A stretch of DNA of 64,000 bases, taken from Heptranchias perlo. Lineage: Eukaryota. The translations under genes and the position numbers were made by a program. Under the pieces are notes generated by a model. The model was not told where the DNA came from. It ran no database searches and was given only the letters and a program-made list of their open reading frames with translations. This document shows positions 52,075-64,000 of the stretch, one piece after another. The number at the start of each line of letters is the position of its first letter. Position 1 is the first letter of the stretch. The stretch covers positions 5,952,001 to 6,016,000 of the forward strand of contig NW_027139442.1 in the NCBI RefSeq assembly GCF_035084215.1, read 5' to 3'.

Positions 52075-53330
52075 AATGGAGTGATCACGGCCCCCGGGGG
52101 AAGGGAGCAAAGAGCAGCCTCGTATAAAGCAGATCATCTCTTCGGGACCGTGTCCGCAGATGGGCTGAGAGATCGGCATTGAGTCCGGGGGAAGGGCAGC
52201 GGGAGTCCGGGGGCTGTTTGTAGGAGGCGGAGTGGATCAGTAACTGGTCCCGGAAAATGGATTGAGCGGGGGAAGGGAGAGGTCATTCTCGGGCTGTGTG
52301 TGTACAGGGTGTGTCCAGGGTAAGGGAGAGAGAATGGGAAGAATATGCTATTTAAAATCATTGCTGCTTTCTCTCCCCAAACCAGTAGTGAATGTTCCTG
52401 TTTTAGTTCCAGCCTCACCCTGTTTGTTGTTATTGGACAGTGAAGAGTGGAAACAGAGCCGGACAGTAAGGATGTGGGGAGTTATCCAAAGAGCATCTAT
52501 TGCAGGCACCAGATGAGAAGTGTGAAGGACACATTTTAAACAGCGGCTGTTTGGTTTCGGTTAAACGGTTAGTCCCATGGGAGAGGGGATTAGAAACCAG
52601 GCCTGTACAAAAGTCCCCGCCCCTTCGGGTAGTCCCATTTCTGGATCAGTGGAGGGTTTGGTTTGTGTCTGGATGTCATTGTTTAAAAAATCGCCCAACA
52701 CACCTGGTGTGCAGAAGCTGAGTGCTGCAGTACTGCAGTGGAGTCGGACACTGATATTGTTTGTATCGCTGGTTTTCATTTGTCGATATTCAAAATGATC
52801 ATTAACAGAGATATTAAACTGATCACTTCTGTATTTTCTACCTCACCTGTTCTTGAGTACTGAGAGATTATTTTATTTCTGCAGGCAAATCCTTGAAGGA
52901 CCCAGAATAAATGTGATGTTTCCTCCAGCCAAAGCAGAAGGAACAGTGCAGCCAGCTCCTTCTCACACACAGTAGATTCATTATCACTCACAGAGAGCAT
53001 GGAGTCACAGACAGGTCATCAGTTCCACAGTCTCAGACAGCAGAAGTAGTCAGTCCCACACTGTTCCCAAGTTCCAGAGATACATTTTCAATCCAACTGT
53101 CAAACAGAGCAGGTGAAGTAGATGCTGTTCCATTTCCCCCAAACTGACAGGGAGATACAAAAATCCCAGTCCAAAATCACACTCTTCGATTGAAAAGCTT
53201 GCGTCAATCTCTCAATAGGACAACATTAAATACTAGATCGAAATCTCACATGGTACCTGATTGAAGAGGTACAGAACGAATCCCAATAATGTACCCTGAG
53301 ATTCGAATTGAATACTAGCCCAGAACTCAC
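52075..53330 (+). other. Copy of the non-coding module (3' part) behind a different CpG-rich region
   Basis: Colinear with 15780-17000; exon-like 52441-52512 (donor GT>AT) and 52885-53112. Confidence 0.7.
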
Positions 53331-56300
53331 ACACAGTATCAGATTGAGAAATGCTGTGTGAGTGCAACCTGAGAAACAAATTAGATACCAGTTTATAATA
53401 CACTTATATTATGAGATGTAAAGATACAGTATCAATTCTATTAGTACAGACTGAGATACACATTACATACCAGTCCAAACATCTCATACAGTATTAGATT
53501 AAGGGATATAGTATCAATTCCATTATTGTAGACTGAAGTACACATTATAGACACTATACCAGTTCAAAAATGTCACCATATCAGTTAGAAAGATATATTG
53601 TCACTCAAAATTGTGCTCACAGAGACACAGATTTAAGAGCAGTCCAAAAAGTGCACACATTATCTGACTAAAACCTACATCATATCCTAAAGTGTATCCA
53701 TATTTACCAATTAAATCATGAGAAAAACTATGTCAGGATTAAATTATTTAAATTATAGTTTTCAACATCATAATGTAATCTGAGAGAAAAATTACATACA
53801 GATATAGAATGAATCCCAAACTCACATATAGTACCAGGGACTGACAGAAACAGAATGAATCCCAAACTCACATACAGTACCAGAGGCTGACAGGTAAAGA
53901 ATAAATCCCTCACTCACATATAGTACCACAGACTGACAGATGCAAAATGAATCTCACACTGACACACAGTACCAGAGAGTGACAGATACAGAATGAATTT
54001 CATACTCACACAATTACCAGAGACTGACAGATACAGAATGAATCCCACACTCACACACAGTACCACAGACTGAAAGATACAGAATTAATCTCACAGTCAC
54101 ATTACTGCAGACTGAGTTACAAATCTCACACATGTAAGTTTAATACATGCAGTATCCATTCGAATAGTGTATCATGAGAGACAAATTGCAGACAAGTCCA
54201 AAACTCTCATACAATATCAGATTGAGAAATGCTGTGACAGTGTAACCTGAGAAACAAATTAGATATCAGTTTATAATACACTCATAGTATGAGATGCAAA
54301 GATACAGTATCAATTCTATTAGTGCAGATTGAGATACACATTACATACCAGTCCAAAAATCTCACAATATTAGACTGAAAGGTATAGTTTCGGTTCCATT
54401 AGTACAGACTGAGCTGCACATTATATACCAATTCAAAAATCACCATCAGTTTGAAATATATGTTATCATTCACAATAGTACTCACAGGTATCCTGATTTA
54501 ATAGTCGCCCAAAGAGCACACCAATTATCTGATTTAAAAACCTCCAGCACCAACTCCTAAAGTTTATCCATATTTACCAATTAAATAATGAGAAAAACTA
54601 ATTAAACATTGAGATATTAAAGCTACAGTAGCTATAATGTAATCCGAGAGAATAAATAAAAACGGATACAGATTGAATCTCACACTCATGTATGGTACCA
54701 CAGTTGACAGATAGAGAATGAATCCCTCACTCTCATAATGTACCAGAGACTGACAGATAAAGTATGAATCCTACACTCACACAGTACCAGAGGCTGAGAG
54801 ATACAGACTGAATCCCACACTCACATAGAGTATAAGAAACTACATATATATAGAGAGAGAATTCAACACCCATACTCAATACCAGAGACTGTATATAAAG
54901 AATGAATCCCATACACATAGAGCAAAAGAAACTGTATTTATATAATTATTCAACAACCAGACACAATAATAGGTAATGTATTTTAAGAATGCATCCCACA
55001 CGCACATGGAGTATGAGGGAGTGACAAAAACAGATTGAATCCCACACTCACACACAGTACCGGAGACTGAGAAATACAGAATGAATCCCACACTAACTCA
55101 CAATACCAGAGACTGACAAAAACACAATGAACCCTGCACTCACACACAGTACCAGAGATTGTATATTCAGAATGAATCCCACAATCGTACCAGATTACAG
55201 AATCAATCCCACACTAACACGGAGTATGAGAAACTGCATATATAAAGTGAATTCAACACCCACATACAGTACTGGAGACTGGCAGACACAGAATAAATCC
55301 CACACTCATACAGTATCAGAGACTGCATATATCGAATGAACTGACAACTCACACACACCACTGACAGATACAGAATGAATCCCACACTCACACACAGTAC
55401 CAGCAACTGAGAGATACGAAATGAATCTCACAGTTGCCTCCAGTCGTGCAGACTGAGAGATACCAAATGCAGACTCAGTTACACATTATGTACCGGTCCA
55501 AAAATCTCTTGGTGTCAGATTGTAAGGTACATCATTAAATCCATTAGTGCAGACTGAGGTACGCATTATATACAACTATAAAAAAACTGATAAAGATTCA
55601 GACTGAAATATATATTCTCCATTCATGCAGATTGAGCTAAACATTATATAGAAGTTCAAAAATGTCACCATATCAGTTTGGAAGATACACTAATTCACAA
55701 TTGTTTTCACATAGATACAGAATTAATAGTCGTCTAAAAAGTGCACACATTATCTAATTATACCCTACGGCATTACATTAAAAAAAGTATCATTATCTAC
55801 CACTTAAATACTGGGAAAAATATTATTCATTTAGGTATTAAAGATACAGTTTTGAATGCTGTACTCTGAACTGAGATACAAATTAGATACAGATAAAGAA
55901 TGAATCTCATACTCAGACCCAGTGGCAGAGACTGACAGAGAGAATGAATGCCTCACTCACACAATGTACCAGTGACTGATAGATACATAATTTATATCAC
56001 TCATTACAGTATCAGAGATTGATGGAAACGGAATTAATGTCTCACTCACATACAGCACCAGAGATTAACAGATATGGAATGAATCCCAAATTCACACACA
56101 GTGCCAGAGACTGACAGGAACAGAATGAATCTCACAGTCACATTACTTCAGACTGAGTTACACATAACTTGACAATCCAAAAATCTTACAGCATCAGATT
56201 GAAAGATACAATATCAATTCCATTAGCACGTACTGAGCTACATGTTACACACCTGTCCAAAATTCTCCTACAGTAACAGACTGGTAGAGACAGTATCAAT

Positions 56301-58310
56301 TCCACTAGTGCAGACTGAGCTACACATCACATCACATTCCGGTCCAAAAATCTTATACAGGATCAAACTGATAGATACAGTAGAAATTCCATTAGTGCAG
56401 GATGAACTACATATTACATTGGAGTCCAAAAATCACATACAATGTCAGACTGAGATGCAGAATTAATCGCATTATTTTCGACTGAGCTACACATTACATT
56501 CCAGTCAAATAATTCCAACATGAACAGATTGAAAGGTACATTATCATTAACAATAGAGTTCAGAGATTAAGATGTAACGCTACGCCAACACTCACATAAG
56601 TTCTTTGGAGAAAATCGAAAAGTGAATCCATATTTACAAATAAAACACTCGATGAAAAACTGCATATGACATAAAGTATTAAAGATATAGTTTTCAATAA
56701 AATAATGTCAACTGAAAAAGGAATAAAGACTGAATTGCAGAATGAATCCCACACTGAGGTAAAGTACCAGAGACTGACAGATACCGAATAAACCCCAGAC
56801 TCACACACAGTACCAGAGACTGACAGGTACAGAATAAAGCCCACACTCATATGCAGTATCTGAGACTGACAGATACAGAATAAAATCGAAGCTCGCATAT
56901 AGCACCAGAGACAACAGATGCAGAATAAACCCCACAATCCATATACAGTATCAGAAGACTGAAAATATAGAATAAACCCCATTCTCATATACAGTATCAG
57001 AGACTGACAAAAACAGAATGAATCCCACATTCATGTACAGTACCAGAGACAGGCAGATACAGAGTAAACCCCACAATCATACAGTAGCAGTGACGAATAC
57101 AGAATAAACCCCACTCTCATATACAGTATCAGAGTGACGAATGCAGAATAAACCCCAATCTCATATACAGTACCAGAGACTGACAAATACAGAATAAACC
57201 CCACATTCATGTACAGTACCAGATACAGACAGTTACAGAGTAAACCGCACAATCATTTACAGTATCAGAGAGTGACGAATACAGAATAAAGCCCACTCTC
57301 ATATACTGTATCAGAGATAGACAAATACAGAATAAACCCCACACTCATATACATTACCAAAGACTGACAAATGCAGAATACATCCCACATTCATGTACAG
57401 TACCAGAGACTGACAGATACAGAATAAACCCCACACTCTGATATACAGTACCAGAGACTGACAGATACAGAGCACACTCCAAACCCATATACAGTATCAG
57501 GGACTGACAGATACAGAATAAAACCCAAACTCGCATATAGCACCAGAGACAGACAGATGCAGAATAAACCCCACACTCATTTACAGTACCAGAGACTAAC
57601 AGATACAGAATAAACCCCACACTCACACACAGTACCAGAGACTGATCGATACAGAGTAAACTCCAAAATCACATGCAGCACCATAAACAGACAGGTACAG
57701 AATACACCCCACACTCATGTAGAGTACCAGAGATTGACAGGCACAGAATGAACCTCACACTCACACACAGTACCAGAGACTGACAAATGCAGAAACAACC
57801 CACAATCATATACAGTACCAGAGACAGACAGATATGGAATCAACCCCACATCATAGACAGTACCAGGTACTGACAGATACAGAATAAACCCCACACTCAT
57901 CAACAGTACCAGTGACTGGCAGATACAGAGTAAAAACCACATTCATATACAGTACAAGAGACTGACAGATACAGAATAAACCCCAGTCTCATATACAGTA
58001 TCAGACACTGACAGATACAGAATTATCCCCACTCTCATATCCAGTATCAGAGACTGACAGATACAGAATTACCCTCACACTCACACACAGTATCAGGTAC
58101 TGTCAGATACAGAATTAAATCCACACTCATATACAGTACCATAGACAGACACAGAATAAACCGTACTCTCAAAAACAGTACCAGAGACTGACAGATACAG
58201 AATAAATCCCACACTCACACACAGCTCCACACACAGACATATACAGAATAAATCCCACACTCATGTGCTGTACCAGAGACTGACAGTTGCAGAGTTAATT
58301 CCACACTTAT
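53330..58310 (+). repeat. Alternating ~82-bp and 46-bp satellite blocks (long 46-bp array 56735-58310)
   Basis: Same units; the distal array carries the variant GAATAAACCCCACACTCATATACAG. Confidence 0.92.
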
Positions 58311-58315
58311 AAACA

Positions 58316-59875
58316 TTCCTGGCTGTTTTCAACCATCTTCTTCCGCTCACTGAGCGAATGGCGCCCACAGGCCGAGCTGGGGGAGGGGAGCGCGCATGCG
58401 CTCTTCTGCTCTCCAACAATCCGGGCTGGGGGCGGGGCTAAGACACGCATGCGCAGATATCTGGTTTAATCCCCAAAACAAAAATCGATGGAAACTTTCC
58501 CCAATTGGAATTTTTCAGAGTCTGAGAAAAGGAAGTGGGTCTGGGGGAAAGGTCAGAGGGAATGGGGTCCACTGGCAGTGCAGGAACAGGCACCAGAATG
58601 CGAAACAGATGGGATTCCACCAGTGCCTAACGCTGGAATACAGACTGACTTCACAATCTCTAACTATTAAACGAGATGTTTCCATCCCTGTTGTTTCTCT
58701 CGGTATCTTTTGATGGTAATGAGTATTTCAGAGTTAAAGTGGGCGGCTGTGAAATTAGACAATCGATTCTGTTCATTCTTGGACTCTTGCCGATAAAACT
58801 GACGGGAGAGGAAGAAACTGGAGGGAGGATTTCTCAAACCAATCCTGGAGAAGCATGGGAGGAAAGAGTGAGTCGGTGTGTTTGTTGGGACCGTGTAGGA
58901 TTAATATCCGACAGCAACAGTCCCAGATTAATTTAATCGGAGTGAAACTCACGGTCACTGAGAGGAACACCGAACGGCCCTGAGCTGCAAAACTGCAGAT
59001 GGTACAACAGGCAAGAGAGGGTTAAATGTGGCCCATTGTTTTTGTCACTCTCTACACTGTCACTGAGTGTGGGATTAATGGTGTGTTTGCCTCTGGTACA
59101 ATATCAGTGAGAGATGAGATAGCATCGTCTGTCTCTCCAACGGGATCTTCTGGATGAAACTGAACTTTGCAAGTCAGTTTTAAACTGACACTGTGTATGT
59201 CTGTCTGTCACTGGGTCTCCACGGTCTCCCTCTCAACGTGTCGATCGCCCGCTCTCACTCTCTGGTGCTGTGTATCAAGGTGGGATACTGCAATTGAGCC
59301 TGATAGGAACACACTGATAGAAAGTCTAAGACTGACAGTGTGTTTGTCTCTCTCTCGCTCTCTATTGCTGGACATGAAGGTGGGATACTCTCCGATATAA
59401 AACAGGGAGAATGGAATTTCAGGGCCTCACTGTACCTCGGGATGTTTTCGGCTCCAGTCCCAGTTCATGGTCATAATCTTTTCACAGATTCAGGGCGAGA
59501 GTCCCTGTGAGACGGTAACAATGGCAAAGAAAATCCGCGTCATAATTCAAACTCCAACACATGAGACTTTCCAAATCAGCTGGAAGAAAGTGTTTGTGAA
59601 CTGCTGAACCGGTCTGGGAGGGGATGTGTGGGGAGATGGAATCTGTTCTGGGACTGAAATGGAAGGAGGCGGGTTAATTTGTTATAGAAGGGATTGTATT
59701 TATGCAGGAATATTACTGATTGTTAATTGTATCGGGGTTTATTTAAAAGCTCCGGGATTCTGGGAATCCTTGAATATGAAGCCCGAGTCTGTAAGGGTTT
59801 GTGCGGAGCGCTGTATTTCGGTTCCATTATCGATAAACGGTTTGAATTTGGCGGGTGGAGAAAGCTGGAGGTGGT
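58316..59875 (-). other. Truncated copy: module promoter/upstream part plus H4 upstream region, no H4 CDS
   Basis: Colinear with 44085-45615. Confidence 0.75.
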
Positions 59876-61279
59876 ATTTTCTTTCTCACAGTCGTTACTC
59901 GGGCGATATGAGAGAATAAAGCAACTCAATATCAGAGTCACATTGAACATATCCATCTACATTCATTATACCAGACTTTCGTGGAACTAAATTGCTCGCT
60001 GGTTTGGATGTTACCGTTTTATTTTTAACCGTCTGTAATGCAATGCGGACAACACCTCACTAAACGAGCCCACGGGAGGGCTGTTTTGGGAAATAGAAAA
60101 GCATTGATCGATGCAATAGCTCTTCTGAGGTTTGGCTTGAGGCACTTTGTTGTTACATTTTGCTGTCCTTCGCCTGAATTTTGGGTGCTTGATGCTGACA
60201 CCGAGTGCCTGAAGTGGGTCACGGTCCCTTCCCAGTAATAGAGATCCTGACCATGATGAGAGCAAACGTTCTAACTGAACACAAATGATTTACGGTGTTG
60301 TTCTGGGTACACGATCCATTCTAACCCCTTCATCCTGTGATCACCGTCTAATAGTCAAAGGCTGCCATGTTAGATCATTGCAATGTTCCAAACCACATCT
60401 TATTTCAGGTTGTGCAAAACTCGGTGTTGTAGCTTTAATTGTGGGGACCAATTCATTTCCACCCAGCCTCTGTATCCGCTCTCAGTCTCTCAACCCTTCC
60501 GGGTTTGTCCTTCTGTGAGGTGGATCAAGTGATTCAGTCACCGTTCCTTACAGCTCTCCTGTCTCAAAGTAGCACTTCTTCGAAAATGGATACAACCGTC
60601 TTTTTACTGCTCTTTGGTGAGTCGTGAAACAATTTTATACCAATTCCCGGTCTGAGTGGGCAACTGTAAGCGGGAGCGTGAGACTGAACCCGGCGGTGTC
60701 CGATCTCCGGTATCTCAGTGGATTAATGCAACTCATAATTTTGTGTGGAGCCTTCGACATTGGAAAGCATTCAGAGCGATTGCTTGCTTGTGTTGAATTC
60801 TCTGCGGGTAACGGTGAGGGGAGTGTAACGTTGAGGGGACAATCTCTCTTCATATCGGTATTAAAGTATCTCGCATCTAGTTTGTCTTTGACAATTGAAT
60901 CTCTGAGAATCTGTCTGTTAACTCCTACAGCTTTGACCAACTGTTGGTCATCGGACCTAATATCTAATTTAGCGGCTCGGTGTCACATTTTGTTTGATAT
61001 CGCTCCTGTGAGGCGCCTTGAGACGGGGTGAAAAGGGATGATATTGGTCTGCCGATTGCCCAGTTACTGTCTACAGTGTAGGAGTAAGATTGATATGAAA
61101 GGAAAATTCAAAGATCAACATCCACTGAGTTTGCTGATCTCTATCAAGGGGCGGGGGGAGGGGGATGAGTGGTTGCGGCGACACCATTGGGCTCAGTGCC
61201 CCAAAGCCATTGAATGAAATATCGGCCAAGTGTCGCCTTCTCGCATCTTATTGCATCTCGGACAAGCCCTGCTATTTCT

Positions 61280-61392
61280 GGCGGGGCAGTGGGACTAGCT
61301 GGATTGCTCATGCATCGATGCGGTGCGGACTCGATGGGCCGAATGACCTCCTGCCGTGCAGTAACCTTCTCTGATTCTCTGATTCTATGATA
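61280..61392 (+). mobile_element. CR1/HE1-type 3' end with (T(A/C)TGATTC)n tail
   Basis: GATGGGCCGAATGACCTCCT...TCTCTGATTCTCTGATTCTATGA. Confidence 0.7.
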
Positions 61393-63557
61393 CTATATGT
61401 TCCATGCTTGGAAGTGAGCATGCGCGTTCGGAGGGTGCAATTTCTTCAGGGGTCACCACGGCTGACCTCAGGTCAATCAACCCCTGCACTCAGACATGAG
61501 CAGATAATGCGGTGGGGTATTGGAGGGCGGCCCTGAGCAACTCCCTTCGTGAATACACTTCTTTGGGGGAGATAGAGAGAAAAAGGGGAGAAGAAACATT
61601 TTAACACATTCAGTGGATAATTTAGTAAATATATTTTTAGCTATTCCGTTGGTGCTGAGACATTGTTCCTTCTGTCAGAGGTTAAGTTCCTCTTTCTTTG
61701 AACAAACCCTCCTCTGAGTTGAAACCGCTCTCTTCCGCCATGAGGCCAACTGCTATTACTGTTCTCTTCAGTACTGGCCATTTTCAGTTTGCTTGCTTAT
61801 TTTTCATTCTCTATTCCGTCTTGCATCTCGATTTTAGTGGGTGTGTGATATTTATGAGCGTGTGTGTACTGTCTGTACAACTAAATGTTTCTGGTGAATA
61901 ATTCAGGCGCATTCAGCTCTGGGAATTTATTTTAACTCCACTTCCTCCTTCAGTGTGCGAGAATTGACCATGTCACGAAGATATAGATCTACACAGTTGG
62001 TGGAGATTAATGTTCCTCAATAAACAGAGTGCTGCAGCTGCAAGTTGGGCTCAGCATTAACCCCTTATCTCCAACTTTTCATGCTCTATTGTGTAATTAG
62101 ACCCAAGGGCACCTATTCATAATTACCATGGATTATTGGAATTATTTACAAATTTACACCTCTCGACAGACCTTATTTAGTTATGGTGGTGAAATGGAGA
62201 ACAATGGCGCACCATCTAATATGTCTCCTTATTGCTAACTTAGGTGATATTAGGTGTAACATTAAACATCTCCATCTATTTCAAGTGAACTCAATTCAAT
62301 TTTATTAATAAATGAATGCCTGATGATCAGTGTGCTACTGCACCACTATTAGAGGTGGTTTTCAAAGAATTAATAAATTATTCGGTTAAAAGCCTTTCAG
62401 AAAGATTGCCACAATGTATTTTCATTCAATATATTTCAACACATTCTTGGTCTGCTACACTGTTCTTTCTGTCAGGGGTTCCCATTTTATTTGAGTGTTG
62501 TCCCTAAATAGATCCCCTTAATTATAGCTTCGGAGATGTTCGTTGCAATATTAAATATTTTTATTTATTTTAGGTGTCTTGAATTGTATTTTATTAATAA
62601 ATGAATGTCAGTGAATATATATTTTACTGCACCTCTAATATTGGTTGCTTTCAAAGAATTAATGAATATAACCATCGGTTGGAAGAAAATCAGAAAGATT
62701 GGCACAATGAATTTTCATTCAGTGTGTTTAAGCACATTTTTGTTCTGCTAACTGTCCTTACTGTCAGCGGTTAAACTTCCTCTTTGTCCGAGGTGAAGCG
62801 CTTCTGAGCTGAAACCATTGGTTTCCGTTCTAAGTATTTGATATCACTGTTAAATTCTGCCTGCAATATTTTCAGATTCTTTACTTATTCTTGTTCAATT
62901 TACATCCTCCTTCCATACCGTTCACCCGAATTGTAACATTTGAAACAATGAGGTGATATTAGGTGTAATATTAAACATCTCTATCTATTTCAAGTGAATT
63001 CAATTCAATTTTAGTCTTAAATAAATGCCTGATAATCAGTGTGCTACTGCACCACTATTGTATAAGTATCGGTTCCCAGTCAGTTCAAACACCATTCTGG
63101 AGTAATTATTGAGAAGCCACCTCCTCCGTAAGTATGCTGGAGTTCACCATATCACAGATAAGGATCTGCACAGTTTGTGGAGACTAATGTCCTGAAATAA
63201 ACACAGTGCTGCTGGTGCCCGTTGCTCAGAAAAAAATAATGTAAGGTTTTAATCGCGTAGTTGGGGGAGAGACTGTTTCCACTGGCAGGAGGGTCGGCAT
63301 TCACCTTTTAATCTCCAACTACCACCTTCAAAGATTTGTGTATTTGTATCCCAGGTCTCTATGTTCCTGCATCCAATATGCAATTTGATCATTTAGGTTA
63401 TATTGCCTCTTCGCACTCTTCTTTCCAAAGTACATCACTTCACACTTCTCTACATTAAATGTCATCTGCCATGTGTTCCCCATTTCACCATTCTACCAAT
63501 GTCCTCCTGAGCTCTGCCAATATCCTTCTCTCCGCTTACTAAAATTTCAAGTTGACA

Positions 63558-64000
63558 AGAATCATAGAATCATAGATTCTTACAACGTGGAAGGAGGCTT
63601 TTCGGCCCGTCGAGTCTATGCTGGCTCCTTGAACAAGCTATCCAAATTAGTAACACACACCAATTATTTTCTCCATAACCCTGCAAATTAGTCCCCTTCA
63701 AGTACATGTCCAATTACCCTTTGAAAGTTCCGATGGAATCTGCTTCCATCACCACTTCAGGTAGTGTGTTCTAGATCTTCGCAAACCTCTTTATGTAAAA
63801 TATTCTCCTCATTTCCCTCTAGTTCTTTTGCCAATTATTTGAAATCTGTGATCTCTGGTTACAGACCACTTGCCAGCGGAAACAATTTCACTCTACTTGC
63901 TCTATCAAAGCCCTTCATTATTTTGAATACCTCTATTAGATCTGTCTTTACACTTACCTGCTCTAAGGAGAACAACCCCAGCTTCTCCAAACTCTCCACA
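63558..64000 (-). mobile_element. CR1-like LINE 3' end running off the window
   Basis: AGAATCATAGAATCATAGA tail then 3' UTR and ORF2 end; further CR1 fragments at ~63240-63530. Confidence 0.8.

Noticed and set aside
59900-61031. Possible coding exon (ORFs 60011-60265, 60635-60940, 60624-61031)
   Set aside because: No recognisable domain, stops interrupt the frames examined, and 60920-61030 looks like a LINE-derived repeat.

Overview
Eukaryotic, vertebrate DNA. The repeat landscape (CR1/HER1-type LINEs with (TATGATTC)n tails, Penelope-like elements) suggests a cartilaginous fish, but this is an inference. The window is part of a replication-dependent histone gene cluster. It holds nine intact intronless genes: a quintet H2B> H2A> <H3.2 <H4 <H1 at 8-13.5 kb, H2B> H2A> H4> at 28-32 kb, and <H2A <H2B at 36-38 kb. 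Each ends in a 16-nt 3' stem-loop. An H2A pseudogene at 47.4-47.8 kb has been separated from its stem-loop by a LINE insertion. The genes sit in a mosaic of direct and inverted segmental duplications built from a 46-bp and an ~82-bp satellite, orphan histone promoter and 3'-end fragments, and a repeated, apparently non-coding module with a CpG/NRF1-type promoter and two exon-like segments (7 copies of the larger one). Also present are a young CR1 RT insertion, L2 and hAT remnants, a tRNA-Gly pseudogene, and two Penelope-like insertions with 12-bp target-site duplications, each carrying a minimal hammerhead ribozyme motif. Most other ORFs in the track are antisense shadows or satellite translations.
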